Assembly (NCBI RefSeq): GCF_018350175.1
Contig: NC_058371.1
Coordinates: forward strand, 111,290,001 to 111,354,000
DNA: 64,000 bases
Reading direction: 5' to 3'
Origin: Felis catus
Lineage: Eukaryota
Shown here: positions 37,030 to 49,636 of the stretch, in pieces
How positions within the stretch are numbered: the stretch's first letter is position 1
Layout of the letters: every line of letters begins with the position of its first letter
The notes under the pieces: generated by a model
What the model saw: the letters and a program-made list of their open reading frames with translations, nothing else
Databases searched by the model: none
What the model was told of the DNA's origin: nothing
Program-made: the position numbers and the translations under genes

Positions 37030-38200
37030 CAATAAACAAATATTCTATTATTATTAGCAATAAAAATCTATGTATACTTATTATGTGTCAGATCCAGTTA
37101 TAAATATTGGAATTAAAAGATGAAAGCTTAGGGCTCCTAGGTGGCTCAGTTGGTTGAGTGCCGACTCTTGATTTTGGCTTGGGTCATGATCTCATGTCAT
37201 GTTCTACATGGACAGCATGGAGCCTGCTTGGGATTCACTCTCTCCTCTCTCTCTTACCCTCCTCCACTTGTGTTCTCTCTGTCTCTTTCCCTCCCAAAAT
37301 GAATAAACATTAAAAAAAAGATGAAAACTCTACCTCAAACAGCCTCTAGCCTACTCAATGAGGCAAACAAATAACCAGAACATTACACTATCATGTGGTT
37401 ATGCACTGAGCTACAAGGAAACCATTTCACTCAAACTGAGTAGAAGTTGGGAAGTAATCAAAAAGGTGTTTTGAAAGAGTTTAATTTCAATTGGAGAAAC
37501 ATTATAGGCAATGGGGAAAAGGACATGGGAATACTGTAAAAGAGAAGAGGCAAATTGTTACTGCATCATCTCTTACCCATGGAGATGATATTAGGAGATG
37601 AGAAATGGGCAGAATTAGAGGGACCTCAAAGCTCAGCTTGATAATGACAATATATTCCTTGAGTGTTTTGAGTCTAGTGCTGTGCCAAGCAAGAGTTTAT
37701 TCAGGAGATAATCAGAGGAGGGGATACTACAACTGCATCCTGAAGATGTGACAATTAGGAGAGACAGGGATAGAGGAAAAAGTAGGGAAGCAATCTCTGC
37801 CAAAGCATAAAAACAAAACACAAGCCAGCATATTTTGGTAACTATAGAACATTTGCTGGGGCTGGATGTAATCAGCTATGAGAAGAGTAGTGAGAGATTA
37901 GGATGGATAGGTAAGCAAGGGAGAATTAACTAAGAGCCTTAAGAGTGCTGAGAAGGCTTTGGAGTTTACCCTGAACACTTTAAGGAACCATTTAGGGATT
38001 TTCAATTGGGATGACTGTATGATAAGATGTGCCCTCTTGAAAGCTCATACTAATATGAGCTTGTGATATAGAGCCTGCGTTAGAGATAGGTTACACTGTA
38101 AGTACAAATATCAGTTGAGCACTTTCATAACAGTCCAAGAAAGACATTATGAAGCTCAGAACTAAGATAGTGGAAGTATAGCTGGAGAAAACCTGGATTT
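37030..38200 (-). mobile_element. Degenerate L2, interrupted by a SINE
   Basis: Antisense L2-like segments, for example ggctttggagtttaccctgaa..aggaaccatttagggatttt..atgataagatgtg. Confidence 0.6.
37131..37315 (+). mobile_element. Can-SINE, older and internally deleted
   Basis: gggctcctaggtggctcagttggttgagtgccgactcttgatttt head; tail; TSD core aaaagatgaaa. Confidence 0.9.
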
Positions 38201-38450
38201 AGTTTTATATATATATACATTTATATTATTATATAGTATCTATTATATATATACAGTATATATATTATATATACAGTATTTAGTTACAGTATATTAGCAG
38301 TATACAGTATATTAGCTAATATTTAATGTATATTATTATATAGTATATATTATATACATACATAGTATTTAGTTACAGATTAGTTATATAGTAATAGATT
38401 TAGTTATATATATATAGTATTTAGTTATAGCATTTAATTATAGGTATATA
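38200..38450. repeat. TA-rich degenerate minisatellite (recurring tatttagtta/cagtatat units)
   Basis: Directly visible. Confidence 0.8.
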
Positions 38451-38462
38451 TCAACTTAAAGA

Positions 38463-38583
38463 TAGGGTCATAAACTATTGTCTGACTAGGACACTTTTAT
38501 AAATGAATGTAATATTTAAGCCATATAACTATTAATATTTAAGCCATATAAGAATTATACAAGATGGATGTGTGATCACTCTA
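38463..38583 (+). mobile_element. MER94/MER81-like MITE remnant with internal 23-bp tandem duplication
   Basis: tagggtca..ggacactttt..gtgatcactcta termini; aatatttaagccatataa occurs twice. Confidence 0.5.
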
Positions 38584-38624
38584 GTTTAAGGTGGAACAGT
38601 TCAATGGAGAGTTGGATATATGGC

Positions 38625-38862
38625 AAGAAGCACTGTATGATGGCAGAGTCCAAGGTTTAGATTTACTTAGATCTGCATTTGAATTTGGTTTCTGTTTTTA
38701 GACACTATGTGTTTTGAGAATATACTTCAGCTTCTATGAACCTCAAATTTTTCATTGTTAGTATGGGGGGTAAACTACCAGTCTCAAAGGATTTCTGGAA
38801 CATCAAATGAAGAAACTTAGGTGAGCACATACTTGACCTTCAATATATAGTAGTTATTATTA
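38625..38862 (+). mobile_element. MIR
   Basis: Degenerate head, ctatgaacctcaaatttttcattgtta core and gttattattat tail. Confidence 0.65.
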
Positions 38863-40639
38863 TATAAGGTCACAAGACAGCTGAGGACTGGAAACTTCTG
38901 AATGACCAGTGTGTTTACAGCAGATACACCAAAGGAAATAGGGTAGGCAATCTCAGCTGTGCTTATCATGTTCATGTTCTAAACCTTACACAGTCCTTGG
39001 AAGCCAAGGATTGTTTTTTATTTTTATTGAAAATATTGTTCGACATATTTTCAATGAGAATTGCTCAAAATATACTATACTGCTGTTCAACTTTGAAGTC
39101 AAAATTTTAATCCTGGGAATGTTAGCAGATTCAAGGAATGACGCAAAATATACTTATAAAGAACTTATTTTGGATGAAATTCTTTAGCCAATAAATTTAC
39201 TTCCAAGAGTTAATTTCATGTTTCCCTAAAACTGTGTGCTGCTGAGACTTTGTCTCTGAAGTAAAACTTGGCATAGGGAAGTGAAAACTTGGATGCTGTT
39301 TAACCACTTCTTGAGGTATTTTTCCATCTTTGCTGTGTCATCTTTTAATTTTACTGTCATATAAAATTAGACAATTTTAGTAATAATACTACCTTTCAGT
39401 GAATAAAGCTTTCTTCTTTTTTATCACATCATATAATTAAGAACCATTAACTACTGTTAGGGGATTTGGTTAAGTCATCTTTAAGTTCGTGAAAACAAAA
39501 TGAATGGCCTTTCATAATCTTAAAAAAGAGTCATAGACTTTGGCAGGCAGTACGATGCTACTGTCGACAATTCACCTAGAGTATTATTGCATTGTGGGAT
39601 CTTAATCACAGATGTTTTGAAGGCCTTATCAGTGTTTTTATGTAAACTTTCTAAAAGGTTTTGGGTTTACAGCAACATTAGCTAGTTATAACAGGGATTC
39701 GTTGTTAAAAATCACTTTCTAGGGAGCTTTGTATTTTAGTAGTGACAATTTGTGTATTTTAAGAATGAATGCATTGTTAAATAAGCAGAAATTAAAATCT
39801 AAATAAAACTTTTAAAGACAGTATTTAGGACTATGCTTAATTTTGCTTTGTTGTTTTTGTTGTTGTTAGAAAAGGGATAAAGGAGGACTTTGTTGTTTCA
39901 TGAGGCATGATAGACCTTTTACCTGCAATTGCAAAAAAATATTTTCTAAAAATTCTTCCTACTTCTCCACCACCAGTTCTCCTCAACTTTATTAAAGGAG
40001 ATAATTTCTTTCTCATTGTACCACAGTATTGTGATAATATACTTAATTTTAGGTTGTTGAAGATAGTAATTATTGAGATAATGTATTTTGCTTGAGCCTG
40101 ACTTAATGGGAAGAAGAGTTGGTCAAATGTTGAAATGGGTCCAGAGAATATCTATGATGATGTCAGACCACTGGGTACAATTTTGAAGACATCCAATCAT
40201 TGCTGTCTCCTCTACTAGTCTTTAGAAATGTAAAGCAGTTCGGGTTACTTCATAAGTCATGGGCAAGTCTGATCTTGGTGGGAAGCAAAATTAGGAAGGA
40301 GACACATGCTTTCAGTAGAAGGAAGCAATCAGATGCCAAATCAAGGGGTGGGGGTACTATTTTTTGTCACTTAAAAGAATAAAAGGTATAACCTGGCATG
40401 TGGACCCTACTTAGTTCACGGAATTAGAGATTTGTCCAATTTTCCTGCTGCGACAAACATATTCCATACACAAGTATTCAAACAGCTTCAAGGTACAATT
40501 TGTAAGAAGGTATTTTTATCTTGTGAAACGATGATTCCTTTCAAAGTATCTGTTAGGGAGAAAGAAACTTTTAAACAGAAATGGTTTGGATCCTGAAAAA
40601 TGCCAGCTTCTTTCCAATAGATGCTTGGATGTCTAATGG

Positions 40640-41400
40640 GTCCCTCATGAGTAACAAATTCCAAACTGGATTCATTGGCTTTCTCCCTCATCCTCCTGGG
40701 CTCCTGTCTTTCTTAATCAGGCTTGACTTTTCCATCAAAACCCATATCTGATAAATACCTGAGCCCTGTAAATTCTACCTCAATGTATTGTTTTAGACTT
40801 TCTCTTTACACTCACTACTCTGGCCCTTGTTGGGACCTTTAAAAAAATCTCTTTCCTGGGTTTTAAAAATATCTCCTGATATTTTCCCTCCAGCCCAGTC
40901 TTTTCTCATGCATCCTTCATATCCTGGTCAGAATTCTTTTTCCAAAATATATATGTATTATGTGTTTGTTTGTTTGTTTTTCTTTTCATTAAGACCCTTC
41001 ACTGATGCTCCATTGACAACAGGATAATCTAAACACCTTAGCGAGGCACATGAAGCCCTCCTTGAAGTGGCTCCTGCCCATGACCTTTGATGACCTCATC
41101 TACAGCCTCCTAGCAATATATACCTATCTGCATGATACTAATTGCAGTTTCAGTAATGTACTATGTTATTTTGTGCCTCCATGCTTTTGCCTATAATATT
41201 CCTTCTGCCTGGAATGCCTTCTCTCTCTTTTCCATCTTTTCCCATTCTAGGTAGCCCCCATTGCTCATCTGGCAGAGTCACTTTCATTCTTTAAAATTCA
41301 TTCTCTGAAGTTTAAACTTCTTTGGGAAGTTTTCCCTGAACTTGTCCTCCGCTTGTCATTGTGTCATCAGCACCTAGCACATGATAATATTCACTAAGTG
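40640..41400 (+). mobile_element. Degenerate L2
   Basis: tgcctccatgcttttgcctataatattccttctgcctggaatgccttct is an L2 hallmark. Confidence 0.7.
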
Positions 41401-42047
41401 TTAGGTGATAGTGATGGTGATGTCAATACACACCATTAGGTCGGAGGTAATTCTTTCACTTCAGTTTGGTTAGTTGATTTGTCTGTTGATTGAGAAGAAT
41501 GTAGGGGTATTTTATTCTTGCTCGTTGCTCTTTTATCAGAATTAAAAGATTCCTTTCTGGTTATGCCCAAAGACAGAAGAGATCTATGTAACCTGCATTT
41601 AACTGAACCTAGTGTTAAATCCTGAGGTAATCCTAGGGCTTGGACATTGGGAAACTTTGATCTTGAAGATCCTTTATTGATTGATTGATATGTTGGAATT
41701 TAAGAGAGATACAAGAGGACTGGGGATATTATCTTAAAATATTATTTAATTAAGTTCCTAAAACATGCCCTATTACTTAGAAATAGTAAATTTTTGTAGG
41801 TTAACTGTAATGTGTGAATTTACCAACCTGCATACTAATGAAAAATGCTTAGAGGATGACCAGTATAATTAGCAAAGAACTGGAAAGATAAATAAAATAT
41901 ATTTAAAATATTACAGACTTTTTGAATGTAGTATGGTTACTGTTCTTTATTTTTGAGGAGACCTGTTTTAAGTAAATTATGTTTCCTGAATTGTGATTGG
42001 ATTCCTTTTCTATATTACTTTTTTACTTACTTAAATTACGTTAAAGC

Positions 42048-42168
42048 ATTGTATATAATTGTATTTGTCATATATAATTGTATATAATTATATATATATG
42101 TCATATACATATGTCAATACATATATATATGTCAATACATATATATGTCATATATAATTGTATTTGTT
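42048..42168. repeat. TA-rich compound tandem repeat
   Basis: Recurring tatataattgta and atatgtcaatac units. Confidence 0.8.
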
Positions 42169-42411
42169 CAATAATAATCATGTGTTCAATTTTAGAACAA
42201 TGGTATATTTAGACCTGGATAGCCGTGATAAATTTTTGTTATAGATGAGCCATTGTTTTTAAAAAATTATCTTTTTGATGGATGGGTTATAATATGGTGA
42301 TTTTCTAATCATGGTATAGAGAGACATTGTGCTGTGTCAAATAAAGTATTAGAATTTCTTTCTCCAGCGTCTATAGGAACATTTTAGATAGTCTTTCCTG
42401 GATACCACTTA

Positions 42412-42464
42412 TAAATTAAATAATTAAATTAAATTAAATTAAATTAAATTAAATTAAATTAAAT
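42412..42464. repeat. (TAAAT)n pentanucleotide microsatellite
   Basis: About 10 near-perfect units. Confidence 0.92.
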
Positions 42465-43059
42465 AATTTCTCTCTTTCTCTCCTACCCCATATATAAACT
42501 TCACGCGTTATAAATTTTAATATAACAAAGTCAAATGGGTGGGAAGAAATAAATATAAGAACATAAAAATAGCAAAATCTAAAAGATGAAAAATAGTGCA
42601 GATCATATTATTTTTTGTTTTTCAAAGGTAAAAATTATTTACTAAACCATGATTTTCATTTAGAATTACATTTAAATGTATTAGTAACCATGTGGATAAT
42701 AACCATAGTGTAGATATCAATGCATTGAATGCACACAGCTTCAAATTATTATTGTAAAAAAACAGATGCCATGGTGTTACTGTAAAATTAAAGAAGCTTA
42801 GAATTGAAAATCATCTTGATACAGACTTCTAGTCTTCACATTTGTTTTTATGGAGTCTACAAAATTCAAAAATTTTTCTTCTATTTTGTTCTTATTTAAT
42901 TACAGACCACTGAATAGTAGACAAAGAGGAAATTTGTGGTAAATGATATGATTGCCAAAATATTTTGTAGTTTTCTGTACTGGACCCTTCTTTACTTGGC
43001 CCATATCTACTCAGGGGCTTGACAATGTCAAATTTAGCCAAGTTACGTATTTTGAGCAA

Positions 43060-43337
43060 TTAAATAAGTTACAATGAAATAAGTAAGGGCACAGGTGATA
43101 CGGGCCACTTCCACGCTGAAGTTTTAAAAGCCAATGTTTCATTCTCATCTCTTTTTTCCCTCTGCGACAAGGTCTCCACGTTCCACAAAAGGGCTGCTTA
43201 TTTAGATTTCCCTTCCTAAATTAGAGGACATTGAGCATAGATGTAGCTCACCTTGAATAGACATAAATGTGAGCAAGAAATAAACTTTTACTGCAGCATG
43301 TTACTGCAGCATGACTTAACCTAAGCTGGCTAACACA
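43060..43337 (+). mobile_element. Old MLT1 (I/J-like) LTR 3' part
   Basis: atgtgagcaagaaataaactttt..tgttactgcagcatgacttaacctaagctggctaacaca. Confidence 0.75.
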
Positions 43338-43698
43338 GATGAAAATTTTAATAATAAAATGACAATAGATGTAAATAAAAGCACATGCAAATTATTTTTT
43401 CAATGACTTCAAAGTATAATTCAATGACTTAATATAAAAAATAAATATATCTTCTAAAGTTGATTTTTAAGACAGGGTTGTTCCAAAAAAGGAGATAGCT
43501 TAACCCAATAGGATTTCTGTTGTGTTTCAATATCCCCTGGAAACACAATTGGTTTCAAGCTAAAGGAAAAGTAATTTAATTTCGTGGGAAGGTTAAAGAA
43601 GATTTTAAAAGATGTTATTAGCTGGAAATTGGAATTGTATTTTATATTTGGAATTTACTGTAAAGAAAGCATAATTTATTGGTTGGAATTAGATATAA

Positions 43699-43733
43699 TA
43701 TACTTGATCTTAGCCAAATGGCTGAGAAGCAAT
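43699..43733 (-). pseudogene. RNU2 (pseudogene): 3'-truncated U2 snRNA retropseudogene (nt 1-35)
   Basis: Reverse complement ATTGCTTCTCAGCCATTTGGCTAAGATCAAGTATA versus U2 ATCGCTTCTCGGCCTTTTGGCTAAGATCAAGTGTA (31/35); TSD ggaattagatataa at 43685-43698 and 43734-43747. Confidence 0.95.
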
Positions 43734-44008
43734 GGAATTAGATATAACAAACAGGTAAGATGAGTGTTAATGAAAGTTTGTGCCAGAAGTTTCTTATTAG
43801 AAAGATATCTGAGTTTGCGTGCAGAGAATAAAAAATGAGTATAATTAAATTAAATAAAGATACCTCATGTAATAGAATATAACACAACCTTGAAAACAGA
43901 TGTGACAATGAAGGTGCAACTCTCTGATGAATGTAATAAAAGCCTGGAAGAGACTGATAATCTTTTTGTAAGTAGTATGCCCTGTTCCACAAAGGCAACA
44001 TATGTATT

Positions 44009-44375
44009 TTTTTTTTAAATATTTAAAAAAAATTTTTTTAATTAAAAAAAAAAAAAGATTCCAAAACTTACCAGCCACTTTTGTTTCTTTCAACAGCCCC
44101 GTGTAGTTACTAAGCCTTCATCCCCATCCACTTCAAATCCCAACCTCACATCCAGTTAACATCCCCATCCCCATCCCCGCCCATCCCCCGCCTGCCCAGC
44201 ACAGACCAGATGTGGGGGAGCAGGGCTGGGCTGTGCTCTCTCACACGCCCCTTTCCACACGGATCCCTGTCACTCTGGGGTGGGGCCAAGGAAAGGGAAG
44301 GAGCCTATTCGTATTGGGTTCCCATGGGCGTCACACCATCGCCCTGTGTCGAGGCTTCAGCTCTTCTGCCCCGTT
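44009..44375 (-). pseudogene. Retroposed non-repeat sequence of unknown source (processed transcript fragment or orphan transduction)
   Basis: Perfect 19-bp TSD caaaggcaacatatgtatt at 43990-44008 and 44376-44394; T run at left end is a minus-strand poly(A); GC- and CpG-rich body unlike flanks. Confidence 0.85.
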
Positions 44376-45689
44376 CAAAGGCAACATATGTATTAATCAC
44401 TCAAGTACCTACCCACTTTTTTAGTACGCCTTCTTAATTGCCCAAGAAGCTCTGTCAACCGTTAATGGGAAGCTAGTTTTACTTTCAGTACTAGACATAG
44501 AGAGAACAGGAAAGTTTTTGCAGTTCACTGATGACTTTGACTCCGTTGGCCAAATAGTTGCAGTGCCAGGCTTGATTCTTTCTGCTGGATGCCTGTCCAC
44601 TCTGTAAGATTGAGTCACTATGTATATATATGCTTATATATGATTCACTATCACTATAGCACAACCACTGGGCCAGGGTGACTGAGTCTGAAAGTCCTCC
44701 TATGTCAGTCTCACTTACTGTCTAACATATTACTCTCAGTTTTTGTTCAAACTTCAGCTAACAACCTAGACTCCCCCTTCACTTAGGGACTCCTTGTTCT
44801 TTACTCTTATCAGGCCCTAGTTGGAGCTACCATGGTCCTGGACTTCCTATGAAAATGATTTACCATCTCCTTAGTAATAGCTCTACTTATAAAAGAATGG
44901 GGAGTATTTCACTAACGTAGTCAAAAAGCACAGGCTATTTTTTATATCAATCTCCTTGGACCCCAGGTGCCTCCTTATTTTATATTCGCAACTTATACTC
45001 AAACTAGCTAGTATTCAACTACCCAGAGGGCAACTATATTTTGGATCTATGTACTAGTAGAGAAGAAAATGTTAGGTTTCTTGTGGTCTTTGAAGTGATG
45101 CCTATTGACCTAAATTATCATAATGCACCTGGCTTGCTAAAGGGATTGGGCTGAAATGCCCAGGCATACTGGCCTTTCCATACATGGTTTGGTCAAAAGA
45201 GGTAACCCCTTTCCTCAAATACCCTTCGTTTACTGTCATATTTTGGCCATCTGCATTGATGACACATTTCTGTGAATTTTTAGAGCATTTCCTCTACCTT
45301 TGTTCTTTGCGATTTTTAACCCACTGAGGAAAACTAGCCCAGGTTATTATTTTTTGCTGAATAATGTGGTGATGATCAGTATATATAATTGGTAAGGCTG
45401 ACACATTTGAGGGCTGTGCTGCTAGGGATCCTGTCTTGCTACTTGACTTCTAAGTGTGGTTCAGAGCAGGCACTTCTGAGACTATGTGAGAACAAGATGT
45501 GTCTTTTGTGATGGTGACCAGGACCTTGAAAAGTTAGATACCATCACCATTTCATGGAACTTAAACTTGGACTTTTTATCTTCTTTCCAAAGGATATTGC
45601 CATTTCTCATTCTGTTCTCTACTTTTTTTTTTTTTCTGCACTTATAGGAGTAAGTCTTTATCTTTGAACATCCTCCCACCCCTTTTTAG

Positions 45690-46050
45690 TCTGAAGACCA
45701 ATGTTCACATTTGAAATTATTCTCAAATCCTTCTTAGTCCTTGAGGTTTAAAAGCTTAACAGTTAAGTATCTGTTTGGGGAAATGCTTTTGAAAGGAATC
45801 TGGTCTGTGTGAATATTAAGTTGGAATTATTTATTTTTGAATACTTTTATTCATGAGTGTTTTCTTTAATTATTGCATGTTTCCACTGGTCTACTTTTTG
45901 CAAGTTGGAGCTCCTGGGTTTTTTTGCCTTTTTTTTTTTCTATTTGGGCTTTTAATTTCCTTAGCATTATAATTTGTTAGTACATTTTAGCTATGATTTT
46001 GGTTTGCTACGTTATGTTTTATTCTAAATTATTGATTCTTAATTCTGTTA
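45690..46050 (-). mobile_element. Highly degenerate old L1 fragment
   Basis: T-rich antisense L1-like sequence; no family assignable. Confidence 0.4.
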
Positions 46051-48553
46051 TACCATTCTTTTTTTCTAGTCTCCATGCATGTTTCCTCTTCAACATCAAC
46101 AATGTTCACAAATACAACAAATTTATTTTGATTCATCACTCACTGTGACCTCCTGAATTCTGGCCTCCACTTCTGTACCTATTTGGGAGATGTCATTTAT
46201 TAGTCACCTGCCTTTCAGTCATTTGTTGCTGGCAAGGCATTCAGGACTGTTAGTTCTGTTCTGGAGCCCATTCAGATATTTTCAAGGCAGATGGCCATGG
46301 TCTTGACATCCTACCCCTTTGAAAGTAAGGGTTTTACAAAAACATACATTGCAGAACCTCAGTAGTCACCTATGCAAAATACTGACTATTCAACATAAAA
46401 GGCCTAAAATAACATGCTGTGACATAAATTTGATAATCTTTCACAAGGAGCAGAATATAAAAAACAGTTTAAATGTAGCATTTACTTTAATTTTAATAAA
46501 GTTCTATATTTAACTTTAATAAAGCTCTATATTTCATTAAAAATGGTAAAGATTCAGCAGACTTAAATAGGGAATTAAAGTATATATATTTATTTATAAG
46601 GAATTTCCAATGTCTTCCTGCACTCAAACTTCATCATGTAATTTGGCCAGGTTAAATAGTCCATCTGTGGTTTGCCATTTCTTGAAATATTGCAGAGAAG
46701 GCCCTTTGGCCTAGTAATCCCAGAGTCATCTTGGATTATTTTAAAATTTTGGCAATATCCTGAAGTGACACTTTGACCTTGTGATCCCTGGAGCCTCCCA
46801 AGAGTTGATTTGAACCCACTGGCCATTGTGCCTTTAAAGAATCTATCTCACATAAAAATAACTTTTTGTTCATGATATTGTCCAGTAGGAAAAAACTCCC
46901 TAAGGTTTATATAGTTTGCTATTATGACTGTCATTCAAAAATTCTGGACAGATTTTCCCACTAATACATCTGAAGATGCAATCAATTATCTAGTTTCATT
47001 ACCCTTCCTTAAAAATTGGATACATTATTTTCCTTCTTAACTGCTTCTAAGTACCAGTATATTCTAATCCTAATACTAATATTCAAGTAATATATTAAAC
47101 ATACATGTAGTTATTGTCCTCATGGAATCATATAAATCTTCCTGATTACTTTGATTATTCTGGTGCTCAGTACAAATGCATTTTCAGTGAAAAATATAAT
47201 CAGCAGAGAAGATTTTATTATCACCAAACCAGTTCTGTCCCAATCTATTGACCCTTAGTTTAAGTAACAAGTTAGAAATGAAGTTAGACTAAATGACTAT
47301 TGATTGATATTGGTCTCTAGTTTCTAGGATTCAAAGTAAAAGAAGGCGCTGCAAAAATCATTACACACTAACACATTTATCCAAAATGGATTTATAAATT
47401 AGTGTCTAAATATTTATGTGAAAATAGTAGATAGTAAATGGTTGCGTTTTATGAGTATTGGACATCAAGTTATGCTCCTTCTCTTTCTATTTCAATCCAG
47501 TTTAAAAATCTCTTCACTTAAAAAAGTGATTGCCTAGAGACCTTTGAAACCAGGGAAGATGATGTGGGGGCAAGAGGTTTATTCCCAGGGTCACACTTCA
47601 TTTGCATAAGCTAGTAACCATAGGGCACCGTGGAATGTCTGTAAATAGATTTCATTACAGGAGTTCAGCTTAAAGGGACTAAAATAAATCCTCAAGCAAA
47701 CAGTTTATATTGCTTCAGGTTCTGCTCTAATAAAAATATTTTAGTAACACAACATTCTATGAAGACAGGAAATGAAACAGGAGGGTCTCCATATCTTTCT
47801 TTTGGTGTACTGTTATGAAATGTTTTAAAAAAGACAAACACAATATTCTTATTATTTTAACAAAATGGTTCTACAAAAACAGGATTATGTCATTCTATAT
47901 GGCTGTCATGAGGCAGTAAAGCAAATACAAGTCTCTCTCTTTCTTATTTTTCTCTTCTCTCACTCCCTCCATCCTCCTCTTCTCTCTCCCTGTCCCTGTC
48001 CCTGACTTTCTCCTTCTCCTTTTCTCCTCTTTTTCTATTTTGGTTTTGTCTCTTCTGAACTCTTACTCTACCATCCTTTGGACTTTCAGCTTCATTGTTG
48101 TAGCATCTGCCCCAAAACAGGAAATGATGGATACTGCAGTCTGCTCTTTAAAGGAGTTTTGGCCAGAAAAACATGATTTAAAACCCAAATATCAGATTTA
48201 AACGTTGGCATTTCTGAAAAAGGAATGAGGGTAAAACACATTGTTTTAATTCTGACACAGCAAAAAGAGAATGTTCATTAATAACTCCTAATTAAGTTTG
48301 AACTTGAATGAAAACAGTGGAAGGCATTGGTATTCCCAATTCCTCAGATTATAATCGGAAATTAAATATGAAAGACCATATATTATGGTACTTTAAAATG
48401 TATCAGTTCTTCCAACAGAAAGTGCTACTATAAATGAGATTTTAATGAAATTTATTCTAATAATACATATTGTCATAATTTTGCATATTGGCTTTAAGAA
48501 ATAGTACATTTCAAATTTATAGGTCATGTTGTATACTCTACCAAATATATTGT

Positions 48554-48596
48554 GTATGTATGTATGTATGTATGTATGTATGTATTCATTCATTCA
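48554..48596. repeat. (TATG)n followed by (TTCA)n
   Basis: Directly visible; the TTCA part with tatttactaagcagccact suggests an L2 tail origin. Confidence 0.9.
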
Positions 48597-48768
48597 CTGG
48601 ATATTTACTAAGCAGCCACTACAGAATACTTGTGGGATTTATAGAAAACTTAGGTGAAATGATTAGTATTAGGTATGTTTGTTATATGGATGCTGAAAAC
48701 ATCATAGCTAATTTTATTATTGTGGTTAGTACAGATTTTTTTCCATTTTTAAGAAAATTAATTATTTT

Positions 48769-48862
48769 CTGTCAGTGCAGAGCCACTTCAGAACCTCTGT
48801 CTCCTTTCTCTGTCCCTCCTTTGCTCACACTCTCTCTCTCAAAAATGAATAAACATTAAAAA
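48769..48862 (+). mobile_element. 5'-truncated Can-SINE
   Basis: Only the 3' half is present (ctgtcagtgcagagcc..ctctctctcaaaaatgaataaacattaaaa); perfect 18-bp TSD aagaaaattaattatttt at 48751-48768 and 48863-48880. Confidence 0.93.
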
Positions 48863-49417
48863 AAGAAAATTAATTATTTTAAGCAATTTACAATATTCAT
48901 TTATCAGTGATACAGGAACACATTTTTTAATGGTTTCAAATTCAAAGGTCTCAATAAAGCAGGTTTTATTTGCATTTGTATGAGTTCGATACAACTAAAA
49001 TAAGTTTAATGGACTCAGCCATATTTTCAGAATATAAAGACTAATTCATTTGAAAACCTTGAGGCTTAATCTGGAATTGGTATTCAGGAAGAACATCTAT
49101 AAAAGAAGTAAGATGTTTGTTAGCCTAGGAACTGTCAGATCAGAATCTAAGCATATAATGCCATAGTATCTTTAATTGCACACGCCCCAAACTTCTATTT
49201 GTATTTAAAATATCCCCACATCCTCCATATGTATTTGATTATGAGAAGGTGTAAGTTATAGCAAAAAAAGGATAGGTAACACAGAGCACATAAATACTTC
49301 ATTTTTCTGTGGGAATACTACTTTTTCATAGCAATTTAATCAGATAATTTCAGTTTATGTTACTTTGTGTTTCATCGTGTTTACTTTTCTAATAACTACA
49401 ATTATTCTCAGACTGAC

Positions 49418-49636
49418 NNNNNNNNNNNNNNNNNNNNNNNNNNNNNNNNNNNNNNNNNNNNNNNNNNNNNNNNNNNNNNNNNNNNNNNNNNNNNNNNNNN
49501 NNNNNNNNNNNNNNNNNNNNNNNNNNNNNNNNNNNNNNNNNNNNNNNNNNNNNNNNNNNNNNNNNNNNNNNNNNNNNNNNNNNNNNNNNNNNNNNNNNNN
49601 NNNNNNNNNNNNNNNNNNNNNNNNNNNNNNNNNNNN
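49418..49636. other. N run, 219 nt
   Basis: Directly visible. Confidence 0.99.

Noticed and set aside
38200-38450. Repeat-spacer-like periodicity suggesting a CRISPR array
   Set aside because: Mammalian TA-rich minisatellite without constant repeats, unique spacers or cas genes.
49418-49636. Idea that N runs are masked exons (this one is 219 nt with AC..CT flanks)
   Set aside because: Other runs fall inside L1, MIR or SINE sequence and lack GT-AG flanks; here the implied acceptor is a weak GAG with a poor pyrimidine tract. Cannot be supported.
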